Part shown: piece after piece, positions 18,300-37,702 of the stretch
Position numbering within the stretch: the stretch's first letter is position 1
How the letters are laid out: every line of letters begins with the position of its first letter
Source: an uncultured delta proteobacterium
GTDB taxonomy: Bacteria > Desulfobacterota > Binatia > UBA9968
Assembly: GCA_963816145.1 (NCBI GenBank)
Contig: CAWFJP010000001.1
Span: 288,001 to 352,000, forward strand
Direction of reading: 5' to 3'
DNA: 64,000 bases
Position numbers and translations under genes: made by a program
Notes under the pieces: generated by a model
What the model was told of the DNA's origin: nothing
The model's input: the letters and a program-made list of their open reading frames with translations, nothing else
The model's database searches: none

Positions 18300-18443
18300 C
18301 GTAAGGGGTTAGGGGTGAAGGGTAAGGCGTTCGGACATTTCGTCAGTCTGCATTTTAGTTTTGTAAACTTTGCGTCCTTGGCGAGCTTTGCGCAAGATCT
18401 CCGTTTTCCGAATCGCCTAACGCCTCACCCTTTACGCCTTACG
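18300..18443. repeat. Family D palindrome enclosing a family A arm
   Basis: CGTAAGGGGTTAGGGGTGAAGGGTAAGGCG...CTTTGCGTCCTTGGCGAGCTTTGCGCAAG...CGCCTAACGCCTCACCCTTTACGCCTTACG. Confidence 0.75.
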
Positions 18444-18815
18444 ATTCTCCCCTAGAACTCGTTCCACTTCGCCGAGAAAGTCTTTAAGAGAAATCGGCTT
18501 GGTCTGGTAGCCGTCGAAGCCTTCGCCCAACATCGCTGTCCTGTTATTGGTCATCGCCGACGCGGTGATGGCGATGATCGGGATGCTTTGGGTCTGCGGA
18601 TCGGCCTTTAACTGCTTCATCGCCGTAATCCCGTCCATCCCCGGCAGCTGAATGTCCATGAGTATCAGCGCCGGCGCCTGCCCACGCGCCAGATCGAGCC
18701 CCACCTCCGCCGTCTCCGACTCGATCGTCTGATATCCCTTCACCTGCAACACATCGCGGCAGAGCTTCCGGTTCTTCTCGTTATCTTCGATTATAAGTAT
18801 GAGTTCATTTGCCAT
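18432..18815 (-). CDS. Single-domain response regulator (DivK-like)
   Basis: IIEDN, LMDIQLPGMDG, ITASAM, FDGYQTKPI. Confidence 0.9.
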   Translation of the reverse strand: MANELILIIEDNEKNRKLCRDVLQVKGYQTIESETAEVGLDLARGQAPALILMDIQLPGMDGITAMKQLKADPQTQSIPIIAITASAMTNNRTAMLGEGFDGYQTKPISLKDFLGEVERVLGENRKA

Positions 18816-18841
18816 AATAGTCTCGGGAAAAAGATATTTAC

Positions 18842-18924
18842 CTCGCGCCAAGCACGCCAAGGTCGCAAAGAAAGTCGATTACATTGGTTAGGAATCTTTG
18901 CTGCCTTGGCGCTCATTGCGCGAG
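18842..18924. repeat. Family A palindromic element (9-nt period CGCCAAG/CGCAAAG arms)
   Basis: CTCGCGCCAAGCACGCCAAGGTCGCAAAG / CTTTGCTGCCTTGGCGCTCATTGCGCGAG. Confidence 0.8.
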
Positions 18925-18979
18925 ATCGTCCCTATCCGAAATCGTTTCTCTTTTGCCAAGCAATAAGACCTACAAGATA

Positions 18980-19366
18980 TTATTCATCCGCAAGTCCGTT
19001 AACAGCTCGCGTGATCCCTTTCTTCATTAAATCCTCGCCAAAATTGAGCAGAAAACCTAGCTTGAATCCTGTCAGACGCAAATACGTCTGCAACTGCTTT
19101 TTGTGCACCCGCGTAATTTGCTCAACCGATTTCAGCTCAAGAACTACCTTGCCCTCCACCAAGATATCTGCCCGGAACGCCTCGTCGAACTTTACCCCTT
19201 GATACTCGATGGGTATCGCCACCTGCCGTTCTGCCCGCAACCCATGTTGCGTCAGCTGATGCGCCAAGATTACTTCATAGACGGATTCCAGCAGCCCAGG
19301 TCCCAAGTCGCGATGCACAGCAATCGCTGAGTCCACAACGAGTTTCCCGATTTCATTCTCAGTCAT
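18980..19366 (-). CDS. GxxExxY protein (PD-(D/E)XK nuclease-like)
   Basis: VHRDLGPGLLESVYE, FRADILVEGKVVLELKS, QLQTYL, GFLLNFG; 128 aa. Confidence 0.92.
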   Translation of the reverse strand: MTENEIGKLVVDSAIAVHRDLGPGLLESVYEVILAHQLTQHGLRAERQVAIPIEYQGVKFDEAFRADILVEGKVVLELKSVEQITRVHKKQLQTYLRLTGFKLGFLLNFGEDLMKKGITRAVNGLADE

Positions 19367-19368
19367 TG

Positions 19369-19510
19369 CTTAGCGTCCTTGGCGCCGTTCGCGCGAATGA
19401 ATACCTATCGGACTCGGATTGCCTCGCGCCAAGCTCGCTAAGGTCACAAAGGCCAAGCAGCCCCTCTCCAATATTGAATCCCTTGGCGTCCTTGGCGGCC
19501 TTTGCGCGAG
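19369..19510. repeat. Family A arm abutting the GxxExxY start, followed by a complete family A palindrome
   Basis: CTTAGCGTCCTTGGCGCCGTTCGCGCGA (19369-19396); CTCGCGCCAAGCTCGCTAAGGTCACAAAG / CTTGGCGTCCTTGGCGGCCTTTGCGCGAG (19423-19510). Confidence 0.8.
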
Positions 19511-19516
19511 ACATTC

Positions 19517-22500
19517 TTACCCGATCGGGAGTGTAAACGTAAAGGTGCTGCCTTTGCCGACTTCGCTTTCGACCCAGATTTTGCCGCCGTGCATTTCGAC
19601 GAAGCGTTTCGTCAGCGTCAGCCCTAGTCCCGTGCCCTCGCGCTTTTGCGCGTAGTTGCCGCTGGCTTGGCGGAATTCTTCGAAGATCGCTTCCTGGTCC
19701 TCCTTGGCGATGCCGATGCCGCTGTCGACGACCGACAGGATCACAGAGCTGTCGCCCAGCCGCGCCTCGACCTTCACTTGCCCGCCCTCCGGCGTGAACT
19801 TCACCGCGTTGGTGAGAAGATTTACGAGAATCTGTTTGACCTTGCGCTCGTCGCCGCTGTAGTCGCCCAAGCGCTCATCGATCGTCTGATCGAGCTTGAT
19901 GCCATGCCGGCTGGCGCGCTCACGCACTAGCAGCATGGCGTTGGTCGATGGCGTCCGGCAGATGAAACGTCGTCACTTCCAACTCCATGCGCCCGGCTTC
20001 GACCTTGGATAGATCCAAGATGTCGTTGATCAACGACAGCAAATGTCGTCCAGAGGAGAGAATATCGTCAACGTATTCGTTTTGCTTGTCGTTCAACTCG
20101 CCGAAGTACTTTTCCAACAGGACTTCCGAAAAGCCGATAATCGCGTTGAGCGGCGTGCGCAGTTCGTGCGACACGTTGGCAAGAAACTCCGACTTGTGCC
20201 GGTTTGCCGCTTCGATCTCACGGTTCTTATCACCGATCTCGCGGAACAGCCGCGCATTGTGAATCGCCAATGCCGATTGCGTCGCGAAGGTTTGCAAGCA
20301 GATTCACCACTTCAGGTTCAAACGTCCCGACTTGCCGCCGCCACACGGTCAGCCCACCCATGATCTGATGGTCGCGTAGAATCGGCACCGTCAGTAGGGA
20401 GCGATAACCGAGCCGACTGAGCAGCGGCCGATCCGCGAAGTCGAACGATCTCCGTCCGTCGAAAGTATCCGCGATCTGCACCGGCGCGCGAGTGAGTGCC
20501 GCCTGACCCGTCGCGCCTTCGCCCAACTTGATCCTCGCCGCTCTCAAACCTTCGACGGCCTCGGTTTCCATTCGATGGCTCGCTCGCAAGTTAAACTCTT
20601 GCGCGGCTTCATCGTACTCGTAAATTACACCGCAATCAGTGCCCGACAGATCGACGGCGCGCGCGACGATGGTTTCAAGCACGGTCTCGAGATCAAGGCT
20701 GGAACTCACCGCCTGACCGACCTCGCTCAAGGCTTTCATTTCTTCGACGGACTCGACAAGCTCGCGCGTCCGTTCTTGCAACTCTTGAAACAGCCGGACG
20801 TTCTCGATGGCGATGACGGCCTGGTCGGCAAAGGTTTTGAGAAGCGCAATCTGCTTGTCGGTAGAAAGGGCGGACTTCGAGTGCGGCGAATAAAGATGGC
20901 CCCGATTGCAACTCCCTCACGGAGCAAGGGCGCAACTAAAAGAGTGCGAAGACCAGCGGCTTGTGTAAACGTCCGGCTTTCGGGAAATTCGGCTTGAGCC
21001 TCCGGGCTCATCATGTCGTCGACGTGAACGACCGCGCGATCGATCATAGCTCTGCCAGGAGGCAAACCCGCGGATGAGCGGTCTAGGTTTATCGCGGTCG
21101 GGGATTGGCATAGATCCGTATGAAGCCACGAGCCGATAACCGGCGCCGTCCATGCGGTAAATGTTGGCGTCGGATGCCTCACATAGCCGGCTGCATTTTC
21201 GGCAACGACGTCCAACACCGGCTGAATATCCGTCGGTGAGCTTGCGATGACGCGGAGAATCTCGCTCGTCGCTGTCTGCTGCTCCAGCGCCTCGGTGAGT
21301 TGGCGATTGCGGGTGTCGAGCTCGTTGAACAGCCGTACGTTTTCGATGGCGATGACGGCCTGGCTAGCGAAGGTTTCAAGCAGTTTGACCTGCCGGTCGG
21401 TGAAAGGCCTCACCCCCTTGCGGCGAAGACCAATCGCCCCTAGCGAAACTCCCTCTCTTAGCAGTGGTGTCCCGAGGTATGTTCTTTGACCGGAGCGTTG
21501 TAGAGATTCCCTCGCTTCCGGGAACTCGGTGTCTACCAGCGCAGCCAAGTCATGGATGTGAAGAGTCTTTCGATCGACAAAAATTCGACCCATGACGGAG
21601 CCGCGACTGATGGATCTTACCTGAGTCGCGGGAGTTCCCCCGTAATTAGCTGCGAGTCGAATGAGGTCGCCATCGGAACGAAAAATCTGCGCGTCGTCTG
21701 CGTCGCAAAGCCGTGCGGCATTTTCAGTCACCACATCCAATACAGGCTGAACGTCCGTCGGTGAGCTAGCGATGACCCCTAAGATTTCACTCGTTGCCGT
21801 TTGCTGCTCAAGCAGCTCCTTGAGCTCTTGGAACAGCCGGACGTTTTCGATGGCGATGACAGCCTGGTCGGCGAAGGTTTTAAGAAGAGTGATTTGATTG
21901 TCTGAGAACGGCCGGGCTTCGAAACGACGAATGAGAATGTATCCAAGCGCAGTCCCTTCGCGGAGCAAGGGGGCGGCCAGCAGTGTCCTTGTGCCACTCT
22001 CTTGGGTGAACGACCAAGCTTCGCGGAATTCAGTCTGGACGTTTGGCGCCAAAGTGTCGGGAACGTGAACAATCTCTCGATCGAGAATTGCTCTTCCTCC
22101 CGCGACACCTCGAATGATCGGTCGGCCTTCTTCGACCTTGGGAATAGGAATCGAACCATAATGGGCAGCGAATCGAACCCGCTCTCCGTCGACGCGCCAA
22201 ATCTGCACATCGACAGCGTCGCAAAGCCGCGCCGCGCTTTCCGCCACAGTATTCAGCACCGGTTGAATATCCGTCGGCGAGCTGGCGATGACGCGCAGAA
22301 TCTCGCTCGTCGCCGTCTGCTGCTCCAACGCTTCGGTAAGTTGGCGGTTGCGAGTATCGAGTTCGTTGAACAGGCGGACGTTTTCTATAGCGATTACGGC
22401 TTGGCTGGCGAAGGTTTCAAGCAGCTTGATCTGTTTATCGGTAAACGGCCGAACTTCGGTGCGGCGAATCAGGATTAACCCAAGAGGCAAGCCCTCGCGC

Positions 22501-25500
22501 AGCAATGGCGCGCAAAGCAGAGTCCGAACCCCAAAACGCTCTTGGGCGCCCTTGCTTTCAGGAAACTTGGTTTCGACCTCTGCGGCAAGGTCATGAATAT
22601 GAATCGTTTGCCGGTCGATAATCGCTCGCGAGGGAGCGTGGCCGGGGGTAATGAGCGCACCTCGCCTCCTGACCGCGCGTCGGCATCGACCCATAGGACG
22701 CTACCGATAGAAGGAATTCACCCTCGACACGTTGGATCTGAGCATCTGTTGCGCTCGCAAAGTCGCGCGGCATTTTCCGCGACTACATCCAGCACCGGCT
22801 GAATATCCGTCGGCGAGCTGGCGATGACGCCAAGAATCTGGCTCGTCGCGGTCTGCTGCTCCAACGCTTCGGTGAGTTCTTGAAACAGCCGCACGTTCTC
22901 GATGGCGATGACCGCTTGATCGGCGAAGGTCTTGAGCAGCGCGATCTGGTCATCGGTGAATGGCCGCACTTCTGTTCGACGGATGCGTGAGGCGCCGATG
23001 GCAGCGCCCTCGCGTGTGAAGTGGAACCGCCAATGCCGTTCGAATCCCATGCGAACCGAGTTAGGGATCAGTTCAGGATCCACTCCGGGTTCCGTCTGGG
23101 TATCGTGGAGATAATCGTGCCGGTCGAGTATCGCGCGCCCACTCGATGACCCACGCGTGATCGTCGCGCCTCGCCAACGCCGAGAACCGGAGAGACACCA
23201 CCGTAACTTGCCGCCTCGCGCCAAGTCACATCCGCCCGCCAAATCTGCGCGTCCATCATCGCAAAGTTTCGCCGGCGCTCTCGACGATCACGTCGAGCAC
23301 CGGCTGCACGTCCGTCGGCGAGCGGCTGATGATGCCAAGCACTTCGCTCGTTGCCGTCTGATGCTCTAGCGCCTCGCGCAACTCCGCGTTGCGTTCGCCG
23401 AGTTCCTTGAACAAGCGCACGTTCTCGATGGCGATCACTGCTTGGTCGGCAAAGGTTTTGAGCAGAGCGATCTGCTTGTCGGTGAACGGCCGGACTTCCA
23501 AACGACGAATGCCGATCACACCAATCGGAACGCCTTCGCGTAACAACGGGGTGGCGAGCAGAGTTCGATAACCTAACCGCGCGCCCCGGCTTTCTGGATA
23601 ATCCGCGGAGACCTCCCGAAAGTCACGAACGTGAATCGTTTGTCGATCAACGATCGCTCGCCCCTGATGCGAATTGCGATGAGCGGCGTTTCCGTCCCAA
23701 TCGGGCTGCTAGGCGCTTCGCCGTAGTTGGCGACCTTGCGAAGGCGAACGCCATCAACTTCCATAAAAATTGCCGCATCCGTCGCTTCGCCGACCCGCGC
23801 TGCGTTCGCGGCGATAACATCCAGCACCGGCTGAATGTCGGTCGGCGAACTCGCGATCACACCAAGGATTTGGCTCGTCGCTGTCTGCTGCTCTAGCGCT
23901 TCGGTGAGCTCTTGGAACAGCCGCACGTTCTCGATGGCAATCACCGCCTGGTCGGCGAACGTTTTCACCAGGTTAGTCTGATTTTCCGTGAAGGGCTTCA
24001 CGTCGCGCCGCCACATGCCCAGGGCGCCGATCGGGACGCCTTCCTTCAGCAGCGGAACAGCCAGAACGGTTCGAAAGCTAAATTCACGCTGATCGCCGAT
24101 GAAAACATATTCAGGATCGTTGTTCACATCCTCGATGTGGACAACGTTTCGACGCAAAATCGCCCGTCCAACTGCCGTTCCTTGTGTCGCCGGTGTTGGA
24201 AATCGCCTTTTGCCGACCTCAACCTGCTCAGGAGTCATCCCGTGCTGCGCTTCGATGGTGACAAGCTGACCGTCAAAGCGATGGGCGGAACCGAACGATG
24301 CTTCGCAAAGCTGTGTCGCGCTCCGCACGATCGCATCAAAAACCGGCTGGACGTCCGTCGGCGAACTGCTGATCACCCGTAGCACGTCGCTGGTCGCGGT
24401 CTGCTGCTCCAATGCCTCAGTAAGATCGCGGTTGCGAACTTGCAGTTCCTGGAATAGACGGGCGTTCTCGATGGCGATGACGGCTTGGTCGGCGAAGGTT
24501 TGAAGTAGCGTCACGTGCTTCTGTGAGAACGGTCCGACATCGGAATGCCAAACTGTGATTGCGCCGATCGGATCGGTCCCTCGGAGCATCGGCACGGCCA
24601 GGACGCTTCGGAAGCCCGTGATATCACTGGCCACATGCTCGGGATCATTCGCCACGTCCGAGACGTGGATGACCGAGCGATCGAGGATTGCTCGTGCCGT
24701 GAACAGATGGCGGCCCGGCCGGGTTGGAAAGAGCTGTCGGGATCGCTCCAGGGCCGCCGGTGGGTAGTTGCAATCGGCGACCATGTGGATCAGCTCGCCG
24801 TCGAAGCGGTAGACCGACCCGAAAAGCGCACCACAAAGCTTGACCGAATTTTGGGCGATAGTATCGAACACGGGCTGTAATTCAGTCGGAGCGCTGCTAA
24901 TGACCGCGAGTATGTCACTCGTCGCAGTTTGCTGTTCGAGCGCCTCGGTGAGTTCCTGGAACAGCCGCGTGTTCTCTATGGCGATGACGGCCTGGTCGGC
25001 GAAGGTTTCGAGCAGCTTGATCTGCACCGAGGTAAAAGCACGCTTCCTTTTTCTGCGAATGTGGATAACACCAATAGCCACACCGTCGCGCAGAAGTGGC
25101 GCCGAGAGTATGGTGCGGACACCCATCGCGATGCCGAGGGCTTTGGGAAATTCTTTCTCCGCCGCAGCCAGGTCAGGGATGTGAATCGTCTGGCGATCGA
25201 TGACCGCGCGACCGGCAGGCGATCCGCGATCGAAGACCCGGACCTCACCCAAACCAATAATCATGGCGACGGGTCCAAAATGCGCCGCGCTGCGCAACAA
25301 GTTGCCATCGACACGCAAGATCGCGACATCTTCAGCGTCGCAGAGTTTCGCCGCCCGCTCGGCGATGCCGTCGAGCACGACCTGGATGTCCGCCGGCGCC
25401 CGCGCGATCATCCGCAGGATGTCGCCGGTGGCTGCCTCGCGTTCGAGCCACGCATCGCGCTCGCTGCGAAGCTCCTGGTTCTCCCGGTCGAGCTGCGCGA

Positions 25501-25555
25501 TCGATGGCCGCGGCGCCGCGCGTGGCTTCTTAGCCGGTGTTTTCTTGGTTGCCAT
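19517..25555 (-). CDS. Giant multi-GAF sensor histidine kinase 1 (about 10 GAF + HisKA + HATPase, about 2000 aa), many frameshifts (assembly error or pseudogene)
   Basis: Repeated [15 protein letters not shown]...LEQQTATS units across ORFs 23573-25555, 23256-23546, 22718-23242, 20736-22694, 20230-20781; SHELRTPLN in 19920-20297; NAVKFT, DSGIG, GTGLGL in 19517-19936. Confidence 0.8.
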
Positions 25556-25574
25556 CCGCTACCTATTCACTGGG

Positions 25575-25740
25575 AAAATCCGAAATCCGAATATCGAAAT
25601 TCGAAACAAACCGCAGCCAAATAAATTCCAAACCGGGAAATTCCAAAACCTCGCATCCAATTCGAGTTTGTTTGGAACATTGCATTTGTTTTCATCATTT
25701 TGAATTTGTTTCGAATTTCGAAATTCGTGCTTCGAATTTT
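25575..25740. repeat. Family F palindromic element (7-nt period CGAAAT arms) between the two kinases
   Basis: AAAATCCGAAATCCGAATATCGAAATTCGAAACAAA / TTTGTTTCGAATTTCGAAATTCGTGCTTCGAATTTT. Confidence 0.8.
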
Positions 25741-25761
25741 TCGGCTCCTATCCGCCACCTC

Positions 25762-33817
<8,056 letters not shown>

Positions 33818-33887
33818 AGTACCACCGAGAGCGGACTGCTGACTTTTACGCCAGGTCATTGCTACGCGTCAAGGAAAGGAATGGGAC

Positions 33888-34178
33888 GAACGTAAGGGGT
33901 GAAGGGTCAGGGGTTAGGCGAATCGGAAAGGAGAATCTCCAACAAAGGCGCTAAGGCGCAAGTCAGACCCCCTTTCGGTTTGACCAGCAGCACTCGCCTC
34001 TGAAAATCGTCACTTTGAGGATTTTAAAGTGCGAGTTTAGGATTCTCAAGGGTTGCCCGACGAAAGCAATCTTCGATTGGAAACCTCTTCCCAAAACTTT
34101 GCGCCTTCGCGTCTTTGCGGGAGATAATCCGAATCCGGAAAAGAATTTTCTCGCGCAAAGCTCGCCAAGGACGCCAAG
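33888..34178. repeat. Composite element (family D arm, family A palindrome, tail, extra A arm); right bracket of the signalling module
   Basis: GAACGTAAGGGGTGAAGGGTCAGGGGTTAGG...CAAAGGCGCTAAGGCGCAAG...CTTTGCGCCTTCGCGTCTTTGCGGGAGATAATCCGAATCCGGA...TCTCGCGCAAAGCTCGCCAAGGACGCCAAG. Confidence 0.75.
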
Positions 34179-34190
34179 GTAAGAAGCAAT

Positions 34191-34223
34191 AAAAAGGGGC
34201 ACGGATTACCGTGCCCCTTTTTT
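34191..34223 (-). terminator. Intrinsic terminator, possibly bidirectional
   Basis: AAAAAGGGGCACGG-atta-CCGTGCCCCTTTTTT. Confidence 0.8.
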
Positions 34224-34248
34224 GTTGCAACTTTGCGACTTCAGCCTG

Positions 34249-35361
34249 CTAGTGATGCGCCGCCTGTTCGTCCAGCGACAGGTTGACGTAGTGGTGCGAT
34301 TTCGACACCGCGCCGATGCCTTTGATGATCGTCTGCCAGTGCTCGCCTTCGTCGTCGCTGTAGAAGACATCGCCGTCGGTGGTGCCGGCGAAGATCGCGT
34401 AGCCGCCGTTCCAGACATCCATCGCCATGCCTTCGATGTTGGCGCGGATGTGGTCCGGCAAGCCGCCGCTCAGCATGTCCCAATTCTTGCCGCCGTCGCG
34501 GCTGCGCGCGATGCGCGCGTCGGCGGTGTGAAGTTTGCGCCAGGTGCCGGGGCCGGTCTTGGCGCCGGCGACAAATAGTAGATTCGGATCCTTCGGATGA
34601 ACGAAGAACGGATCGACGTAGCCGATGCGGAAGTCGCGCGGCGTCATGCTCTTCCAGCTTGCGCCGCCATCGCCGCTGACACAGAAGCCCGCCACCGTGT
34701 CGGGACCGCAGTTGGTCGTCGGCGCGGTGCCGTAGAGCTTGGTCGGATCGTTCGCCGGCACCAAGACGCGATGGGCGTCGGGGTTGATATTGTCCACGGT
34801 AGTCCAGGTTTGGCCGCCGTCGGTGCTGCGCAGGAACCCGCCGACTTCGACGGCGACGTAGATTATGTTCGGATCTTTCGGATGGAACGTGATGCTCTTG
34901 GCATGCGCAAGATGCGGCTCGCCGGGGAACGTCCACTTCTCGACACCCGGAACCTGACGCAGACCCGGCAGTTCGGTCCAGCTCTTACCGAGATCGTCGC
35001 TGAAATATAGATGCGCCGGCTGGGTGCCGGCATACAGGCGCGGCTTGCCGTTGACGATCTGGGTGGCGAGCGAATAGATTTCCTTCTCGCCTATGCCGTT
35101 GTCGCGCCGTTCCCAGCTCTTGCCGAGATCGCTGCTGGCGAAGATCTCGCAGCTGTAAGTGCCGCCGAACAGCATCTTGCTGGTCGGCTCGAAAATCACC
35201 GAGCTGAAATGCTTGCCCGGCACCATGGTCGCTTGCCGCGCCCAGGCGCCGCCATTTTTTTGAAATGAAAATATCCCGTCCACGGTGCCGACGAGCAACT
35301 TATCGGTCTGCGTCTCACCGTTGGTGAGCAACTGTCCTCCAGGCGATAGACATACAAACAT
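34249..35361 (-). CDS. BNR/Asp-box repeat beta-propeller protein (sialidase/VPS10-like)
   Basis: Repeated SxDxGxxW boxes (SSDLGKSW, SDDLGKSW, STDGGQTW, SGDGGASW, SRDGGKNW, SDDEGEHW). Confidence 0.85.
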   Translation of the reverse strand: MFVCLSPGGQLLTNGETQTDKLLVGTVDGIFSFQKNGGAWARQATMVPGKHFSSVIFEPTSKMLFGGTYSCEIFASSDLGKSWERRDNGIGEKEIYSLATQIVNGKPRLYAGTQPAHLYFSDDLGKSWTELPGLRQVPGVEKWTFPGEPHLAHAKSITFHPKDPNIIYVAVEVGGFLRSTDGGQTWTTVDNINPDAHRVLVPANDPTKLYGTAPTTNCGPDTVAGFCVSGDGGASWKSMTPRDFRIGYVDPFFVHPKDPNLLFVAGAKTGPGTWRKLHTADARIARSRDGGKNWDMLSGGLPDHIRANIEGMAMDVWNGGYAIFAGTTDGDVFYSDDEGEHWQTIIKGIGAVSKSHHYVNLSLDEQAAHH

Positions 35362-35906
35362 AATCGATCTCCTTCCTCGGATTAAATCGTTTAGGTCGCT
35401 ATTGGAAATACTGATACCAACGAGCTAGGGCACGACTCTACTGAACCTGTCGCCATCTCGTCAAGCTGATTACCGTTTTCGCCACATATCCGACCGGCTC
35501 CCGGAACGATTATGCCGCCGCTCGGTCTAGACGAGCCAAATGAGCGGAGTCGGCAACATGGCAGCATTAGCCAATAACAGCGGGTAATCCAAAGCTGTCG
35601 CGATTCTCTTCAGCCGTGGTGGTGGCTTGTCCCCCCTTACGATACCCCAAAAGCAGCTCCAATGTGGCTCGCTCTGGTTCACCTGCTTCATGATCTCCGA
35701 ACCCAAGCCCCCCGATTCCTCCACCGGGCGGATTCTCTTCGGCTTGTTGGTCGCGGCCGGCGCCGCCTTCCTCCAAATCGGGCTATTTGGTGCCAATGGC
35801 CTTCCCTGGTCGCTACTTGCCGTCTTTTCCTGACGCTTTATCATCGACCAGCAATTTCCTGGAACAAAATATCAACGCCATAGTCTAATACGATTGGTAT
35901 CGAAAA

Positions 35907-36488
35907 ATGGCACCAACTGCCCAAAAAACCGGCGTACTCCCGGCACTTCTGCTCGACCATTCGGCTCCCCCCCGGGCGGCGCGCCAGGTTTGCAGCAGTT
36001 ACGCGGCCAAAGCGGAGACCAATAATAAAACTTCCCAAGTGGTGCTGGACCGAGAGAACGATAGGACTATCACCATCAAGGACTTCCACCGGGACATGTT
36101 CGATCAACAGGTCAAGAAAGCCGACATGCGCGCGGTGTTTACCGAATACGCTTGGGACATGAATTGGTGTGACCCTTGCGCCGCAGATCCGCTTTCTCAT
36201 GAAGAGCTTCGAAGCCTGGGCGTCTTCTGGTTAACCGAAACGCCTCCTGATTTCGTCCCGGGTCGCGGGCCCCGTCCCATCGTGCCTCCGATGGGCCGGG
36301 CCCGCGATGTTTTAGTCACGCCCATGCATGTGCGCGACGACGCGCAAAATTTTCCCGAAAACTTGGTGCTTTCAGAAACCGCCGAGATTGCCGGCTCTGA
36401 GCTCACTGACATCTACTCAAAAATGAACCTCCGCACCGCTGATGCCGGCACCGACGGCCAGTGGTGGCAAAGACTTTGGACGAGTTAA
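35907..36488 (+). pseudogene. Internally deleted DUF2330-like gene
   Basis: N-terminal-like YAAKAETNNKTSQVVLDRENDRTI fused directly to C-terminal-like FTEYAWDMNWCDPCAADPLS...LGVFWL...FPENL; family recognised from memory. Confidence 0.55.
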
Positions 36489-36528
36489 CCGCGGCGGCGT
36501 GAGATAGGCTCACGTTCGTTGCCTCCCA

Positions 36529-36568
36529 CACAACGCCCAGGCCGCAAGGCTTGGGCGTTGTGCGTTTT
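36529..36568 (+). terminator. Intrinsic terminator
   Basis: CACAACGCCCAGGCC-gcaa-GGCTTGGGCGTTGTG followed by CGTTTT. Confidence 0.65.
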
Positions 36569-36636
36569 GGGCCCGGAAAATACCGCTTCAACACGAACAA
36601 CCCAGCACACAACGGCCTCGACCGATTCTCGGAATA

Positions 36637-36666
36637 TCTCGCGCAAAGCACGCCAAGAATGCCAAG
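36637..36666. repeat. Solo family A arm
   Basis: TCTCGCGCAAAGCACGCCAAGAATGCCAAG. Confidence 0.65.
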
Positions 36667-36906
36667 TTGGGGGGATTGCATTCTTGTTACTTTGGACGAC
36701 GGCGACTGCGGCGATCAGACTCGGCGCCGTGGCCGCCGGCCTCATCGGATGGTTGATAATCAAGACGACCATCATCGAACGGACGGTTCTGATCGCCTAT
36801 CCGAGCCTGATCCAAGATGTCATCGACATCGGCTTATTTGGCTTGGCTGGGCTTTTACATTACCGCCGGCGCAGAGGCGCGGCAATTTAGAGGTTTCGAC
36901 GGCGGA

Positions 36907-37428
36907 CTAAGATCTGCGCCCGATCAACAGGCCGCAAACAAAGAGTTGCAAACGCTCGCGCTCGCTTTGACGCCACTGGATAAATTCGACACCGGCGATT
37001 TGATTATGCCAGTGACGCAGTACCGCCGCTTCGACGATCACCGGCGCGGCGTCGTTGGATATCCTCAGTTCCAGCCGCATGATCGCACCGATGGCAAGCT
37101 TGCTCGTGGTGGTGAAGCTACACCCACCCATAGCGATGTTGAGCACGAGGCCATTGCCCTCAAACTGGTCGCCGCGAAACAGCACCGGAAAGTTCATCGC
37201 CATCCGGTCGTATTCGCGACGGTCCTCGTCGACGTGGAGGTAGCGCACCCCCCATTGGAGATAACGAAAGCGAAAGCCGCAGATCTGGCATCTGAAGGGG
37301 TAGACGTAAAACCAGCCCGCTACCCGTTCCTTTAGTCCGACCCGAGCGACGCGCCGGACAAACTCGCGGGAACAATTCGGGCACTTCAGTTGCGGCATGG
37401 GCTGACTCTCCACCAGACTAGACGGCAT
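36907..37428 (-). CDS. PilZ domain protein with N-terminal zinc ribbon
   Basis: CPNC...CQIC, then DRREYDR (RxxxR) and NIAMGG (D/NxSxxG-like). Confidence 0.75.
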   Translation of the reverse strand: MPSSLVESQPMPQLKCPNCSREFVRRVARVGLKERVAGWFYVYPFRCQICGFRFRYLQWGVRYLHVDEDRREYDRMAMNFPVLFRGDQFEGNGLVLNIAMGGCSFTTTSKLAIGAIMRLELRISNDAAPVIVEAAVLRHWHNQIAGVEFIQWRQSERERLQLFVCGLLIGRRS

Positions 37429-37702
37429 GGTTTCTCGCACCGACAAGGCATTGTAAATTCACGCCGACAACGTCACAAGCGTATTCTTAGTCAGCTACCC
37501 TGAAGCGATCTTAAGTCAATTTGGCAAAAGCCGTAGAGAGTCGTGGGCACTCGCCTCGAAAATCGTGGTAGACGGACATCAATGCCTTCGCTAGATTAGT
37601 TGCTGCAAACGAACGCACCAGAAGTCGAGTCGTTGGTTGCGTTTCACACCAGCCCGTATGATTCGCCAGTGAATCCAGCGTTCCACCGGTCGGTCACGAC
37701 GA

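Noticed and set aside
33963-34230. Small ORFs in repeat regions (33963-34202, 34024-34230, 25537-25872, 59176-59448)
   Set aside because: Translations of periodic palindromic arms (LGVLGELCA, HHEDHEGHE), not credible proteins
36551-36910. ORFs 36519-36890, 36551-36910 and 35527-35883
   Set aside because: They overlap a terminator and a repeat arm or lack motifs; possibly fragments of decayed membrane-protein genes, not callable
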